From: a virus
Virus record (IMG/VR): IMGVR_UViG_3300009296_000199
DNA: 64,000 nt
Direction: 5' to 3' (one strand)
Positions within the stretch are counted from its first letter, which is position 1. Each line of letters starts with the position of its first letter. A program made the translations under genes and the position numbers. Under the pieces are notes generated by a model. It was not told the origin of the DNA and made no database searches. It worked only from the letters and a program-made list of their open reading frames with translations. Shown one piece after another: positions 26,554 to 36,183 of this stretch.

Positions 26554-29322
26554 CTATACCTCGGTCAAATCGAACTCTGTGCGGAAGCTCATGAGGTCGT
26601 GGGCAACACCCAGCACCCGCGCGTCAAAGCTCTGCCCTATCTGCCTGGGGCTCGGGATGCTGAAGGTGACCCGGTCCCCAAGTTCGACCTCGGGCATGAA
26701 GCGCGCCGTGAGCGTGGCCCTGCGCTTGGGCTCCTTGTAGCGACCGAAGTAGCGCTTGGCCATGACCGTGGCTAGGTCCACGTCGGTCTGGAAGATCATG
26801 TTGCCGCCGCCCACCGACAGTGGCCTGACGCCGAAACGGCTGATAGAAGTCGGGGCGGGATCTGCCTCGCTGGCCGAGTCCGCCACCTTGACGAAATCGC
26901 CGAACGTCGCCCTGATGCTGTTGAACACCCTGTCCCAGCCTGGGGTTATGGTTTGAACCCGCTCCACGTTCAACTCGTTTAGCGTCAGGGCCGAGGCGGC
27001 CGCAGGCGCTTTGTTCCTGAAAAAGAACTTCCCGTTGCCATCCACGCCGATCTCAAAGTCGGCGATCCGGGCCAGCTCCTTGAGCACGTCCAAGACCGAC
27101 CGGCTGTTCATGTTGGCCATCGTGATCAAGACATTGGCGGTCGTAAGCGTGATTAGGTTGAGCAGAAGCGTCGGAGGATTTAGGCCGGCGGTGTTAAAAA
27201 GCGAGATGAACACCATCTTCTGCGTGATGCCGAACCCATTGCTGTTCTGGAACTCATCGGTCTGGATGGAATCCCCAGGGCCTAGCGCCTGGTGGAACGA
27301 GAATCCTGATAGGGAGTTGGCCTCTGCGGCCGTGAAGCGCTGCACGGCTCCATTGTTGGCGACTGTCTGTGCCTTCCATGTATCCCAGGAGACGATGCCT
27401 GTGCCGCCGTCTATCTTAGGCGAGACCGCCACGGCCGGAAGCCATAGCCTCTTGATTCCATAAGGGATGGATGTGAGTTGATCCGTGACGACTATGCGAA
27501 ACTTGATGAAGCGGGGCGAGTTGACATTCGTCCAGTTCCCTACGTTCCCACCATTGGAGACCTGGGTCTCGGCCGAGTAGGTGAAATCGTCCTGGCTCCA
27601 GCTCCAGAAAAACTGCGCCCCAGCCGCTATCCCGTCTACAAGCTCCGCGAAGAAAGGCCCGAGCGTCGTGATGAGCGAGAAGGCCGCCAGGCCGCTGAAG
27701 ACCGGCCCGTAGTCGACCTTGAGCGTCAGCCCGCCGCTCGCCGGCGAGTCCGTGATGCTGTTGAGCCGGAGGAAGTCGATGTGGAACTTGGATGAGCCCG
27801 TGGCTTGCAGCTCAACCGAGCCCGCGAAGAAGGGCGGGCTGCTCAAGGGTCCCAACGTGCCGGAGTCCTTCTGCACGCCGTCCACGTAGAGCCGGTAAGT
27901 CCCGGCGTTGGCGCTCGTCAGGGTCAGGTCGAGCCGGTAGACATGGAACTGAGTCGCGTCAACGGCGACCAGGGGGCCTTGGCCGTTGTTGGTGACGACG
28001 CGGATGTTGTTCAGGTTCTGAAAGCTGATGGCCGCGACGATGTTGGAGCCTGGCACCGGCACCGCGATGTAGAGGGTTCCGCTCAGGACCTCGACCCGCA
28101 GTCGGCAAGCCACCGACCGCGAGGACCAGAATGGGAACGCCACGTCGTTCTTCTGGTTGAAGAGCGAGTAGAAGCCCGAGGTCGCGGTGTAGTCGATGGT
28201 GCGGATGCTGTTGGCCAGGCTCGCGGAGGCTCCCTGGGAGACGAACTCGCTCCAGGGGAACGTGGCCTCGTTGTCTATCTGGAACCTTTCCACGTTGGGT
28301 GCCAAGTCGCCCTCGTACTGGGCGGTCCAGCGGGGGTGTATGCCGCCCGGCAGACGCTTGAAGTTGATCTTGTCGATGGCAGCCGCGGCCTGCCACTCGG
28401 CCTCCGAGTCGTACGGGTCGATGCTCAGTTGAGCGTCCTGCTCGGGGGGCGACGTCTCGGTCAGCACGACCGCCCGGTGCAGGGAGTACTGGGCAAAATC
28501 CCCGGCGGTCGTGTGGAGGATTTCCCTTTGCGCGGGCGGGCTGAAATTCACCGTTTCCACGGTCAATTTCTCGACCTGGGGAACAGTGGCAAGGAGATCG
28601 TTGACCACCTGGTGGATTTGCTGGTCCCGCTTCCAGACGATGTAGTCCGCGCGGACTTCCTCGCCGGACGCCGGCTGTAGGACGTCGAACACAATCTTGG
28701 CCTTCTTGGCGGGGTCACCGAGCCCACCGGCGGTCCAGCGGATGCCGGGCCTGACAGGGACTCCGGCCACGCGAATCTCTTTGACGATGCCGGCTGGGGT
28801 CTGGGAAAGCTCGAACTCGGACCGAACCCCATCTCCGACGCCCAAGAGCTCGTTGGTGACCAAGACGGCCGCTTTATCGGCGTCGGCGTTCTCCAACAGC
28901 TGGTCCATCGAGCGGATGTCGAGCTGGAGGACAGGGGCGGCCGAGTCCTCGTTGGCGTCCTCGATGACGCCTATGAATGCAGGGAACGTCTCTTCAACCC
29001 CCGATACTTTCAAGCCCAGGGAGATGCGTATTTTAGAGTGGAACCGCAGGAAGCCGGAGAACCTGGCCCCGGAGCCGTCATCCCACTGCCGCTTGGAATT
29101 ATCGACCTCGATGCGGATGTTGGATGCCTTGAACTCGTTGAGGGCGTCGGTGTCGAGCTTCCATGCAAGCCTGTCCAGACCGGCGACTTCGGCTGTGACG
29201 TCTATCGGGGTCGCCTCCCAGCTCGCACCACTGGCGAGTCTGCGAAAAAGCTCGACCTTGCGGACCGGGAAGATCAGGTTGGATGCTTGAGCGGCCTTAT
29301 AAAGGATGGAGGTAGTCTTCAC
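26554..29322 (-). CDS. tail hub / Tal-like protein with lectin-like insertion
   Basis: 922 aa directly after the tape measure; hub-like ends (NIRIEVDN..W; ATVMAKRYFGRYKEP..ELGDRVTF); FHVYRL..YRLYVDG LamG-like insert. Confidence 0.65.
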   Translation of the reverse strand: MKTTSILYKAAQASNLIFPVRKVELFRRLASGASWEATPIDVTAEVAGLDRLAWKLDTDALNEFKASNIRIEVDNSKRQWDDGSGARFSGFLRFHSKIRISLGLKVSGVEETFPAFIGVIEDANEDSAAPVLQLDIRSMDQLLENADADKAAVLVTNELLGVGDGVRSEFELSQTPAGIVKEIRVAGVPVRPGIRWTAGGLGDPAKKAKIVFDVLQPASGEEVRADYIVWKRDQQIHQVVNDLLATVPQVEKLTVETVNFSPPAQREILHTTAGDFAQYSLHRAVVLTETSPPEQDAQLSIDPYDSEAEWQAAAAIDKINFKRLPGGIHPRWTAQYEGDLAPNVERFQIDNEATFPWSEFVSQGASASLANSIRTIDYTATSGFYSLFNQKNDVAFPFWSSRSVACRLRVEVLSGTLYIAVPVPGSNIVAAISFQNLNNIRVVTNNGQGPLVAVDATQFHVYRLDLTLTSANAGTYRLYVDGVQKDSGTLGPLSSPPFFAGSVELQATGSSKFHIDFLRLNSITDSPASGGLTLKVDYGPVFSGLAAFSLITTLGPFFAELVDGIAAGAQFFWSWSQDDFTYSAETQVSNGGNVGNWTNVNSPRFIKFRIVVTDQLTSIPYGIKRLWLPAVAVSPKIDGGTGIVSWDTWKAQTVANNGAVQRFTAAEANSLSGFSFHQALGPGDSIQTDEFQNSNGFGITQKMVFISLFNTAGLNPPTLLLNLITLTTANVLITMANMNSRSVLDVLKELARIADFEIGVDGNGKFFFRNKAPAAASALTLNELNVERVQTITPGWDRVFNSIRATFGDFVKVADSASEADPAPTSISRFGVRPLSVGGGNMIFQTDVDLATVMAKRYFGRYKEPKRRATLTARFMPEVELGDRVTFSIPSPRQIGQSFDARVLGVAHDLMSFRTEFDLTEV

Positions 29323-31253
29323 ACCGCCTCCTTGGACAGCCGCCCCTGCTTGGCCAGGATGGACTTGACGAGTTCGGCCCCCTCGGCCGCCCCCGACCTG
29401 GTCGCCTCGGAAATCTTGCGCGTGATGAGCCGGACCTGGTCGTCGCTGATGCCGGTCCCCGACAGGGTGAGGTTGTTGTTCTGGGTAATCGAGACGCTCA
29501 CAGGCGCGGACTGGCCCAGAGCGCCCGGCCCCAACCGGTCCAACGGTATGACGGCTTCGGGCCCAGCCTCGCCCACATGAGCGAAGATAGGCTTGCGGAC
29601 GATGCCGCCTTCTTGGAGACCGAAGAAGCCGCCAAAGAACCCAGCGCCGGCCCCAGCCCCGCCGCCTGCCCCGCCCGTCGCCGCGGTCACGCCGGCGGTG
29701 ATGATGGCCCGCTGGATGGCGATCTGGACGAAGGTTTCTATGGCGGTCCGCAGGATCGTGTCGAAGACCGCCTTCATGGCCTCCTCGAGGCTCTTACCTT
29801 CCAAGATGATGTCGGCGACCGCCCGGCCGAAAGACGAGGACAAGGATGAGGCCACGGCCTCCTGCGTCCCCTTGATAACCAGGAGGTCGGCATCGATGGC
29901 GTTGCGGGCCTCCGTACTCTTTGCGATGGAGATAGCTGTCGCGTTGGACCTGGCCTGGGTAAGCTCCGCCTCGGTGAGCAGTCCCTTGGCTTTTAATTCT
30001 TCAAGCGACCTGATGCGGGTCTGCTTCTCCACATCGATGAGGATGAGCCGGGATTGAAGGCCCCTGCGCTCCATGACCCCACGGTCGTTGGCCGCCTTGC
30101 CCTCGGCCTCGAGGCGCTCGGCGACAAGTTTTTGGAGCTCAGCCCCGGCTTTCTGTTCCTCTTGGACCACCTCGCGGGTTTTGCGGACATGGATATCACT
30201 GGTGCGAACGATCAGGTCCTGCCGTTCTTTGTGGTAGCGACGATGAATTTCAGCCGCTTGCTCGGCAGAACCTTCCTCGATGGCGTCGATCTTAGCACCC
30301 GTCTCCTTGACGATGTCGACGACACCAGCGAAATCCCTGCGGAATAGGGCCTGCACGACTTGCCCGAGGCCTTGGAAGCTGACCAGTGTCTCGGCGGAGA
30401 AATTGGCCATCACCGTGCCGAGTTGCTCCATGAACTCAGCGCCGCGCGAGAGAGACTTGAGGAATACCTCGAAGACCGGGATGATCCCGGCTCCGACCGA
30501 CTCTTGGAAATTATTGAGCTGGTTCTTGAGCTGCTGCAGCCGCTTGCCGTAGCTGTCCTGGGACTCGGCCGCTCCCAGGAACTTCTTGGACAGTACGTCT
30601 ATCACCTGCTGTGCGGACTGGGCCTCACCGATGAAATCCCCGAACTCGTTCTTGAGGGCGCGCAACCTCGACGCATCACCGTTGAGGATCGGGCCGAGAA
30701 GCTCGATGACGCTGTTAAAGTCCTTGCCCGAGGCGGAGGCCAGGCCAAAGACCAGGCGGGTCGCGGTCATGGCCGAGTTGACATCCCCGGTCACGCGCAC
30801 GAGCCGACCCATGGCCTCGAAGGTCTGGGTGTCTGAGAACTGGGTGAGGGCCTCCTGCTCGGAGGCGAAGGCGAGAATCTGCTCCTTGGACTTGTCGAAG
30901 GAGCCGCCGGCGGTGTTGACTGCGAACTCAAGACGCTTAAGGGCCGCCTCTTCCTCGAGGGCTGCTTCAGCCGACGACTTGAAGAACTGACCGATGCCGG
31001 CGACGGTCGCAAACTGGAGGAGCTGGTTTGCTAGCTGCTGCCCGGCTGATTGAAGCGCGCCGAAGGACTGGGAGGTTTGCTGGGCCTTGGGCGGGAGGTT
31101 GGAGAGGGATTGGTCCACCTTCTGCGAGGCAAGCGTTACCTCCTTGGCGAACCTATCGGAGCGCTGCGCCGCCAGCAGGAGCTCCTGCGAGAGCTTCTGT
31201 ATCGTCGGCGAAGCGGCGTCGAGGGCCTCGAACTGTATTTCAAATCCAGCCAC
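29319..31253 (-). CDS. tail tape measure protein
   Basis: 644 aa Ala/Gln-rich helical; C-terminal GGIVRKP..HVGEAGPEAVIPL signature. Confidence 0.9.
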   Translation of the reverse strand: MAGFEIQFEALDAASPTIQKLSQELLLAAQRSDRFAKEVTLASQKVDQSLSNLPPKAQQTSQSFGALQSAGQQLANQLLQFATVAGIGQFFKSSAEAALEEEAALKRLEFAVNTAGGSFDKSKEQILAFASEQEALTQFSDTQTFEAMGRLVRVTGDVNSAMTATRLVFGLASASGKDFNSVIELLGPILNGDASRLRALKNEFGDFIGEAQSAQQVIDVLSKKFLGAAESQDSYGKRLQQLKNQLNNFQESVGAGIIPVFEVFLKSLSRGAEFMEQLGTVMANFSAETLVSFQGLGQVVQALFRRDFAGVVDIVKETGAKIDAIEEGSAEQAAEIHRRYHKERQDLIVRTSDIHVRKTREVVQEEQKAGAELQKLVAERLEAEGKAANDRGVMERRGLQSRLILIDVEKQTRIRSLEELKAKGLLTEAELTQARSNATAISIAKSTEARNAIDADLLVIKGTQEAVASSLSSSFGRAVADIILEGKSLEEAMKAVFDTILRTAIETFVQIAIQRAIITAGVTAATGGAGGGAGAGAGFFGGFFGLQEGGIVRKPIFAHVGEAGPEAVIPLDRLGPGALGQSAPVSVSITQNNNLTLSGTGISDDQVRLITRKISEATRSGAAEGAELVKSILAKQGRLSKEAV

Positions 31254-31256
31254 CGG

Positions 31257-31616
31257 CTAACCTCCCAGGGACAGGTTGACAATCTCTATGAAGAGCCCGG
31301 CTGAGAGCTCGTGGTCGGCCAGGATCAGCTCGACGGGTACTGAGTCGTCGTCCGCTTCCTTCTCCGCGACTCTGGGCTCAAGCACGCCGGTCACGATCAC
31401 CCGGCGCATGGTGGGCAAAGTCGGGTTCTGGAGCAGCGCCTTGATCTTTTCTCCGAGCGCCTCCTGTCCCTGCCTGGCCCAGTCCCAAATCTGCGTTGGG
31501 TCATCGAGCAGTAAAAGTAAGGAAACCTTCCTGATCGTGAAGGCCATGCCCTTGACCTCGACGAGCTTCAACCGTTTGAGGCGTTCCTTGAGTTCCTTGG
31601 CTGAGATCGGGGCCAT
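31257..31616 (-). CDS. tail assembly chaperone
   Basis: 119 aa between tail tube and tape measure. Confidence 0.65.
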   Translation of the reverse strand: MAPISAKELKERLKRLKLVEVKGMAFTIRKVSLLLLLDDPTQIWDWARQGQEALGEKIKALLQNPTLPTMRRVIVTGVLEPRVAEKEADDDSVPVELILADHELSAGLFIEIVNLSLGG

Positions 31617-31618
31617 GA

Positions 31619-32584
31619 TTAGTACCCGGTCACCTGATTGGTCAGGATCACCTCGAGGCTCTTCTGAGCGACGGGGTCGAACTCCGCATGGAAGGCGACC
31701 GCAGCACCCAGCAGGTCGTCAATGTTGCCGAAGGGATAGGCCGAGTACTTGACCTCCTGCATGGAGAGCTCGAGCTTGGCCTTCTGCGTCCCTTGCAGAA
31801 TGTCGCCGGTCAGGATGATATTGAGGGCCGAGGCCGTGCCCACCAGGAACTTGGCGCGCTGAGCCTCGGATTCGAAGAAAAGCTCGAAGGTTCCATCGAT
31901 CTCAAACGGCTTCTTTGAGATGATGTCACGCGCGTCGCGTGAAAGGTTGTAGCTGCGCAGCGCCTCCGAGTTGTTGTCGATGCTGAGGCTCCAACTCTTC
32001 ACGTTGATGTCGCTGGCTCCCTCCACCTTGAAGTCGGTCTGGAAGAACATGAGCGGTTTGGGAACGCCATAGGATGATGCGAACGCGGAGGCCGACTCCT
32101 CGGTCTTAAACAGCAGGTCGGCGTCCACCTGCGCCTTGCCATTGACCGTGCCCTTGAAGGAGAGCTTCTTGATCACGCTTAGCGGATAGCGTTTGACCGA
32201 CAGCCCCCGGTCCACGAAGTAGCTGAAAGACGGCATCAGCAGTGCGTTGAGCCGCGTGAAGCTATGCTGGAATACGGTCGGCGCGCCGACCACGTCGGGC
32301 TGGGTGGTCGCCACTGCCCCCAGGCAGCCAAACAGCAGATCGCCGATCGTGGCTGCCTCGACGTCGATAGCGTTGAGGTTTCCAGTGCCGGACAGGATTC
32401 CGGCCACTGAGGGGAACCTATCCTTGAGGCCGCGAATCTTCTCATCGGCGATGAGCGCCGTGGAGTAGTGAAACTCGCTGTCGGCCCCCACCGCCAGGAA
32501 TTTGGCCGGGGCCGCCTCGCCTATGCCGCGGGAGGCCTCTTTCTTGAAGCCGAACGTCTTTCTCTCTGTCGCAAACAGTGCCAT
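31619..32584 (-). CDS. major tail tube protein
   Basis: FGFKKEASRG..; SWSLSIDNN..; EIDGTFELFFE: siphovirus tail-tube pattern and position. Confidence 0.85.
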   Translation of the reverse strand: MALFATERKTFGFKKEASRGIGEAAPAKFLAVGADSEFHYSTALIADEKIRGLKDRFPSVAGILSGTGNLNAIDVEAATIGDLLFGCLGAVATTQPDVVGAPTVFQHSFTRLNALLMPSFSYFVDRGLSVKRYPLSVIKKLSFKGTVNGKAQVDADLLFKTEESASAFASSYGVPKPLMFFQTDFKVEGASDINVKSWSLSIDNNSEALRSYNLSRDARDIISKKPFEIDGTFELFFESEAQRAKFLVGTASALNIILTGDILQGTQKAKLELSMQEVKYSAYPFGNIDDLLGAAVAFHAEFDPVAQKSLEVILTNQVTGY

Positions 32585-32596
32585 GTCGATTCCTCC

Positions 32597-33088
32597 TTAT
32601 TTTCTACTGGTTGTCTCTACCGTGAAGGCCAGTGCTGCCGCCGTCATGTCCGCGTGGATCGTCGCTACGAGATTGTCCTCCGGCGGCTCCCACTCGATGG
32701 TCTTGAGACTCGTGAAAAGTATCTGGCCGTTGGGTAGGGCCAGGCCGCCAAGATCGACGTTATCGATGAGCAGCTCGGCGATCTTCTGCGCGTCGATGGT
32801 CTTGGACTTGACGATCTCCTCGTTGGGTCCGAAGAGCCGGACGTGGACAATGCGAAAGCCGTAGGTGATGCGGTAGGTCTGTCCGGTTGTGATCCTTTCC
32901 AAGTTGGTCGAGGGCGCGGGCTTGACGAACACGGCGGGCACGTTTCCAGAGAGATTCTCCAGGGCGGGGTAGAACTCGAGCGCCCCGAGTGAGACAACCT
33001 TGAGGCCCAGCTCGGCCGAGAGGCCCTGGTCGATAAGCTCGACGATCCTGCCGCCGATGAGGGTCTCGTGCAGACGCGGGGCGGGCAT
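32597..33088 (-). CDS. tail terminator-like protein
   Basis: 163 aa immediately upstream of the tail tube. Confidence 0.55.
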   Translation of the reverse strand: MPAPRLHETLIGGRIVELIDQGLSAELGLKVVSLGALEFYPALENLSGNVPAVFVKPAPSTNLERITTGQTYRITYGFRIVHVRLFGPNEEIVKSKTIDAQKIAELLIDNVDLGGLALPNGQILFTSLKTIEWEPPEDNLVATIHADMTAAALAFTVETTSRK

Positions 33089-33567
33089 TAGACGTCGCCT
33101 CCCAGCGCTTGGATGGCCTGCTTGATGCGGGCGTCAAAGATCAGTTGCACCCTGGGCCTGGCGGCCTCAAGGGCGGGAAGCAGATATGGCTGCGCCTTAA
33201 ATCCCCGCCTCTTGATGGCGCGCGCCACGAGGAAACCGGCTCGCTCGTCGCCCAGTTTCCTGCGCGCCCATATTCTCAGCTCATTGACAGGCGGAAACCA
33301 GCCGCTCGCGCGGCCGTACTCGATTACGGGAGCGTAGGTCAACGCCGAGCCGACGCGGCCGACGATCCGGCGATCATCGACGCTGACGCTCTGGAGGATG
33401 GACACCCTGAGGAGTCCTCGAAATACAGGGGCGTTGACCTTTGCCCGGCTTTGGATGTCGATGGCGACTTCCCGCATGGCCTGGAGCAGGGCCAAGAGCA
33501 GCCTATCGGGCAGGCTCTTGAAGAGACTTAGGGTTTCGCTCACACCCTTTACGGTGACCCGGATCAT
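33088..33567 (-). CDS. HK97 gp10-family tail completion protein
   Basis: AKVNAPVFRGLLRVSI..YAPVIEYG..AQPYLLPALE. Confidence 0.88.
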   Translation of the reverse strand: MIRVTVKGVSETLSLFKSLPDRLLLALLQAMREVAIDIQSRAKVNAPVFRGLLRVSILQSVSVDDRRIVGRVGSALTYAPVIEYGRASGWFPPVNELRIWARRKLGDERAGFLVARAIKRRGFKAQPYLLPALEAARPRVQLIFDARIKQAIQALGGDV

Positions 33568-33896
33568 TTCTTCTCCTCGACCGAAGCTTCCATGTGATGG
33601 CCGAAGTAGTCCTTGACCTCGGTGACGACGTGGACCCGCCCTGTGGCTTCGTCGATCACCTCGTAGTTCTCCTTGAGCTCGGTCGGATTGAGGAAAAGTT
33701 TGAACCGCTTCTTGGGAATGCGGCCGAGCAAGCCGCCTTCAGGCTTGAGATCGGTATTGACCGGGTTAAAACGGGCTTTGACGTGCTCCGCCACAAGCTG
33801 GTACTCAAAAACGGGCTGCTTCGTGGCAGGCGCGAACGTCTGCACCGGCTTTTTGATCGTGATCGTATCGGTCAGAAGGCGGAGTTCGATGGTCAT
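33564..33896 (-). CDS. head closure / head-tail adaptor
   Basis: ATG at 33896 overlaps the upstream stop; TITIKKP..ARF..VVTEVKD pattern; position. Confidence 0.7.
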   Translation of the reverse strand: MTIELRLLTDTITIKKPVQTFAPATKQPVFEYQLVAEHVKARFNPVNTDLKPEGGLLGRIPKKRFKLFLNPTELKENYEVIDEATGRVHVVTEVKDYFGHHMEASVEEKK

Positions 33897-34507
33897 AGCG
33901 TGTAAATCTTGAAGCGCCGGCCCAGGGCCTCCCACGCCCGGTCGAGTTCGTCGTTGAGCTTCTTGAAGCCGCGGGTCTGCGAGAAGTCGCCTATGCTCTC
34001 GGAATCGATCAAGTACCCATGCTTGGCCGCGAGCGCGGTTTTGGCCACGAGGAGGGTCGCTATCTTCTGGACGGCGGGCGGCACGAGACGATAGCCGTGG
34101 ATGTAGGCGATCTCGATGTTCTGGCAGCCCTCGGGCCAGAGGTCTCCACCGCAGCGCTTGAGCGAGCCGGTCCGGCGGTTGAGCACCACGTCGCTTATGG
34201 GAATGTCCTGCCCGTCCACCGTGATCTCGAGGATTTCCAGCACCGGAAAGCAGTCCAGGAAAATCGTCGTCAGATCGTTTCCATCCAGGTTGTCCACGGT
34301 ATTGAGAGAGGTAAAACACACGCCCGAACGCCGGTCGATCTCCTCGCGGGCCTGCTGTATCCACTCGGGCACGACCTCGGACGCGAGAATTTCGCCTCCG
34401 GTCAGTTGGCTGACCAGGGCGGCCGTCGTGTAGCCGATCGGTAGCGTGGCGATGGCGGGCGGCACCAGGGCCGCGGGAGCGAATAGGCTTGAGACTAAGG
34501 TCGCCAC
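33893..34507 (-). CDS. head-tail connector (gp6/gp15-like)
   Basis: IQQAREEIDRRSG..IEIAYIHGY..VPPAVQKIATLLV..SESIGDFS. Confidence 0.8.
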   Translation of the reverse strand: MATLVSSLFAPAALVPPAIATLPIGYTTAALVSQLTGGEILASEVVPEWIQQAREEIDRRSGVCFTSLNTVDNLDGNDLTTIFLDCFPVLEILEITVDGQDIPISDVVLNRRTGSLKRCGGDLWPEGCQNIEIAYIHGYRLVPPAVQKIATLLVAKTALAAKHGYLIDSESIGDFSQTRGFKKLNDELDRAWEALGRRFKIYTL

Positions 34508-34825
34508 TTAATCTCCATGCTTGATCCTGCGGTCGTACTCCTTGAGCTTCTCTTCAAACTTCAGGGACAGCTCCACCAGCGCCGCATCATTGGCTGCAAG
34601 GACGGCCTGGATTCTTTCCTGGGAGAGTTCGCAGACGACCGCGAAGTGCTCGGCCGCCTGGAGGTATTCCTTCAGGCGGCCGTAGTTTTCCTTGAGGTTC
34701 TGGACGTAGCGGGCCCGCTTGGCCTGGGCGGGCGTAAGAGGGGTTGCCTTCCCGGCCATGACAAAAGCCCGCGGCGCACCGCCGCCGTTGACCTGTAGGA
34801 CCGGGATCTCATGCTCTTCTGCCAT
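34508..34825 (-). CDS. hypothetical protein (coiled coil)
   Basis: 105 aa, in-operon spacing. Confidence 0.6.
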   Translation of the reverse strand: MAEEHEIPVLQVNGGGAPRAFVMAGKATPLTPAQAKRARYVQNLKENYGRLKEYLQAAEHFAVVCELSQERIQAVLAANDAALVELSLKFEEKLKEYDRRIKHGD

Positions 34826-34840
34826 TGGTTTTCGCCGCCA

Positions 34841-36166
34841 TTACCTGCCGCCCGTCCCATCGCCCGTGCCCGCCGTCTTGGACGCCTGGGTGTCGAGCGT
34901 CGGGATGTTAGAGGTGCCGTCCGACCATGACGTGGTCGTGTCCTCCGTTTCAAGCTTGTAGGAGAAGGTCTGCCCGTCGGCGGGAAAGGGTGCCACGCCA
35001 GCCGCCACACGGTTGGTCAGGTTGCCAGAGCTGTCATCGAAGGAAACCTGTCCGACCCCCTTAGGGATCAGGGTGGAGTTAAGCTTGACTGCGGCCGCCG
35101 GGTTAAACGTGGAGCCGCTCGAGCGGTAGATGTTGTAGCCGTTCGAGTTGGGGTCCGGGATCGCGTCCCACTTGACCAAGACCTTGTTCGAGGAAACCTC
35201 CGTGAGGAGGTTTTGCGGGATGGTCCCGATGAGCTCCACAAAGACCAGGTGGTTGTTTGCGGTCATCACGTCGCTGGAAAGGTTCGAGGCGTTGCCCTGG
35301 TTGTCGACGGCGAAGAGGTAGTAGGTGAAGTCCTTGCCGTTCTCTGTCTCCGTCAGGGTCGTATCCAGGGAGGATGTGGCGGCAGACGAGATTGCGGTGC
35401 TGATGGTCTGCACCCCGACAGCCGCCAGCACCTCGGGTTTGGTCGGGATCGCGACCGACGCGTTGCTGGGAATCCGGTAGAGTTCGTAGTGGTTGAGGTC
35501 CTGGAGCGTGGTGTTGTAGCGGATCACGATCCTGCTTCCGGTCGAGAAGCCGCCAGCTGACTCGGTCAACACCCCAGTTGAGGTGGTGATGGTGTAGTGG
35601 GTGTTCTCGGTCTTGGCGGCCAACGTCGCGCTCTTGACCGCGGAGCCGGATGGATGAGCGAAGAAGAGGCCGTCCTTGAGGATGATCTCCCCGGTGCCGC
35701 CGTTGACGGATTTGACCTCGACGTACTCCTCCTTGCCGGCGACGGCGTCCTCGATGACGATGAAGGTGTTGGCCAGGATATCGCCCGGCACGGGGGTGAC
35801 CACGTTGATCTTCCGCTGGCCGTGGACCGTGCTCGCGGAGAGTGTGGTCTGGGTCCCGCCCACCGCAGTCCTCTCATAGACGGTGTAGGTCCCGGCGACG
35901 AGGGGATCGAACTGCGTCTCGTGGGACGCCCCGGCGATGCCGCTGGCCAGGCTTGGCGTGTTGTCGGGATTCTTGAGCAGTTCGCCGCCGATGCGCTCAT
36001 TGCGCGTGGGCGCGGTCCAGTTCAAGGTGATCTGGGTTCTGCCCTTGGCCACGGCCAAAGACTGGACCGCCTGGATCAAACCGAGGACGGCCGGTTCGGG
36101 GGCCAGGATGTCGGCCGCCAGATTGCCGACGACCTGCTGCGAAAGTTGAGATTCAAGCGTTGCCAT
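34841..36166 (-). CDS. virion structural protein with fibronectin-III-like domains
   Basis: ITLNWTAP..YYLFAVDNQGN..LVKWDA..YNIYRS..YKLETED; Thr/Ser-rich. Confidence 0.7.
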   Translation of the reverse strand: MATLESQLSQQVVGNLAADILAPEPAVLGLIQAVQSLAVAKGRTQITLNWTAPTRNERIGGELLKNPDNTPSLASGIAGASHETQFDPLVAGTYTVYERTAVGGTQTTLSASTVHGQRKINVVTPVPGDILANTFIVIEDAVAGKEEYVEVKSVNGGTGEIILKDGLFFAHPSGSAVKSATLAAKTENTHYTITTSTGVLTESAGGFSTGSRIVIRYNTTLQDLNHYELYRIPSNASVAIPTKPEVLAAVGVQTISTAISSAATSSLDTTLTETENGKDFTYYLFAVDNQGNASNLSSDVMTANNHLVFVELIGTIPQNLLTEVSSNKVLVKWDAIPDPNSNGYNIYRSSGSTFNPAAAVKLNSTLIPKGVGQVSFDDSSGNLTNRVAAGVAPFPADGQTFSYKLETEDTTTSWSDGTSNIPTLDTQASKTAGTGDGTGGR

Positions 36167-36183
36167 AAATCACTCTCCTTTGC

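Noticed and set aside
31253-31616. Programmed frameshift in the tail chaperone (lambda G/GT type)
   Set aside because: The tape measure starts 3 nt after the chaperone stop, leaving no room for a T ORF, and no clear slippery heptamer was found.
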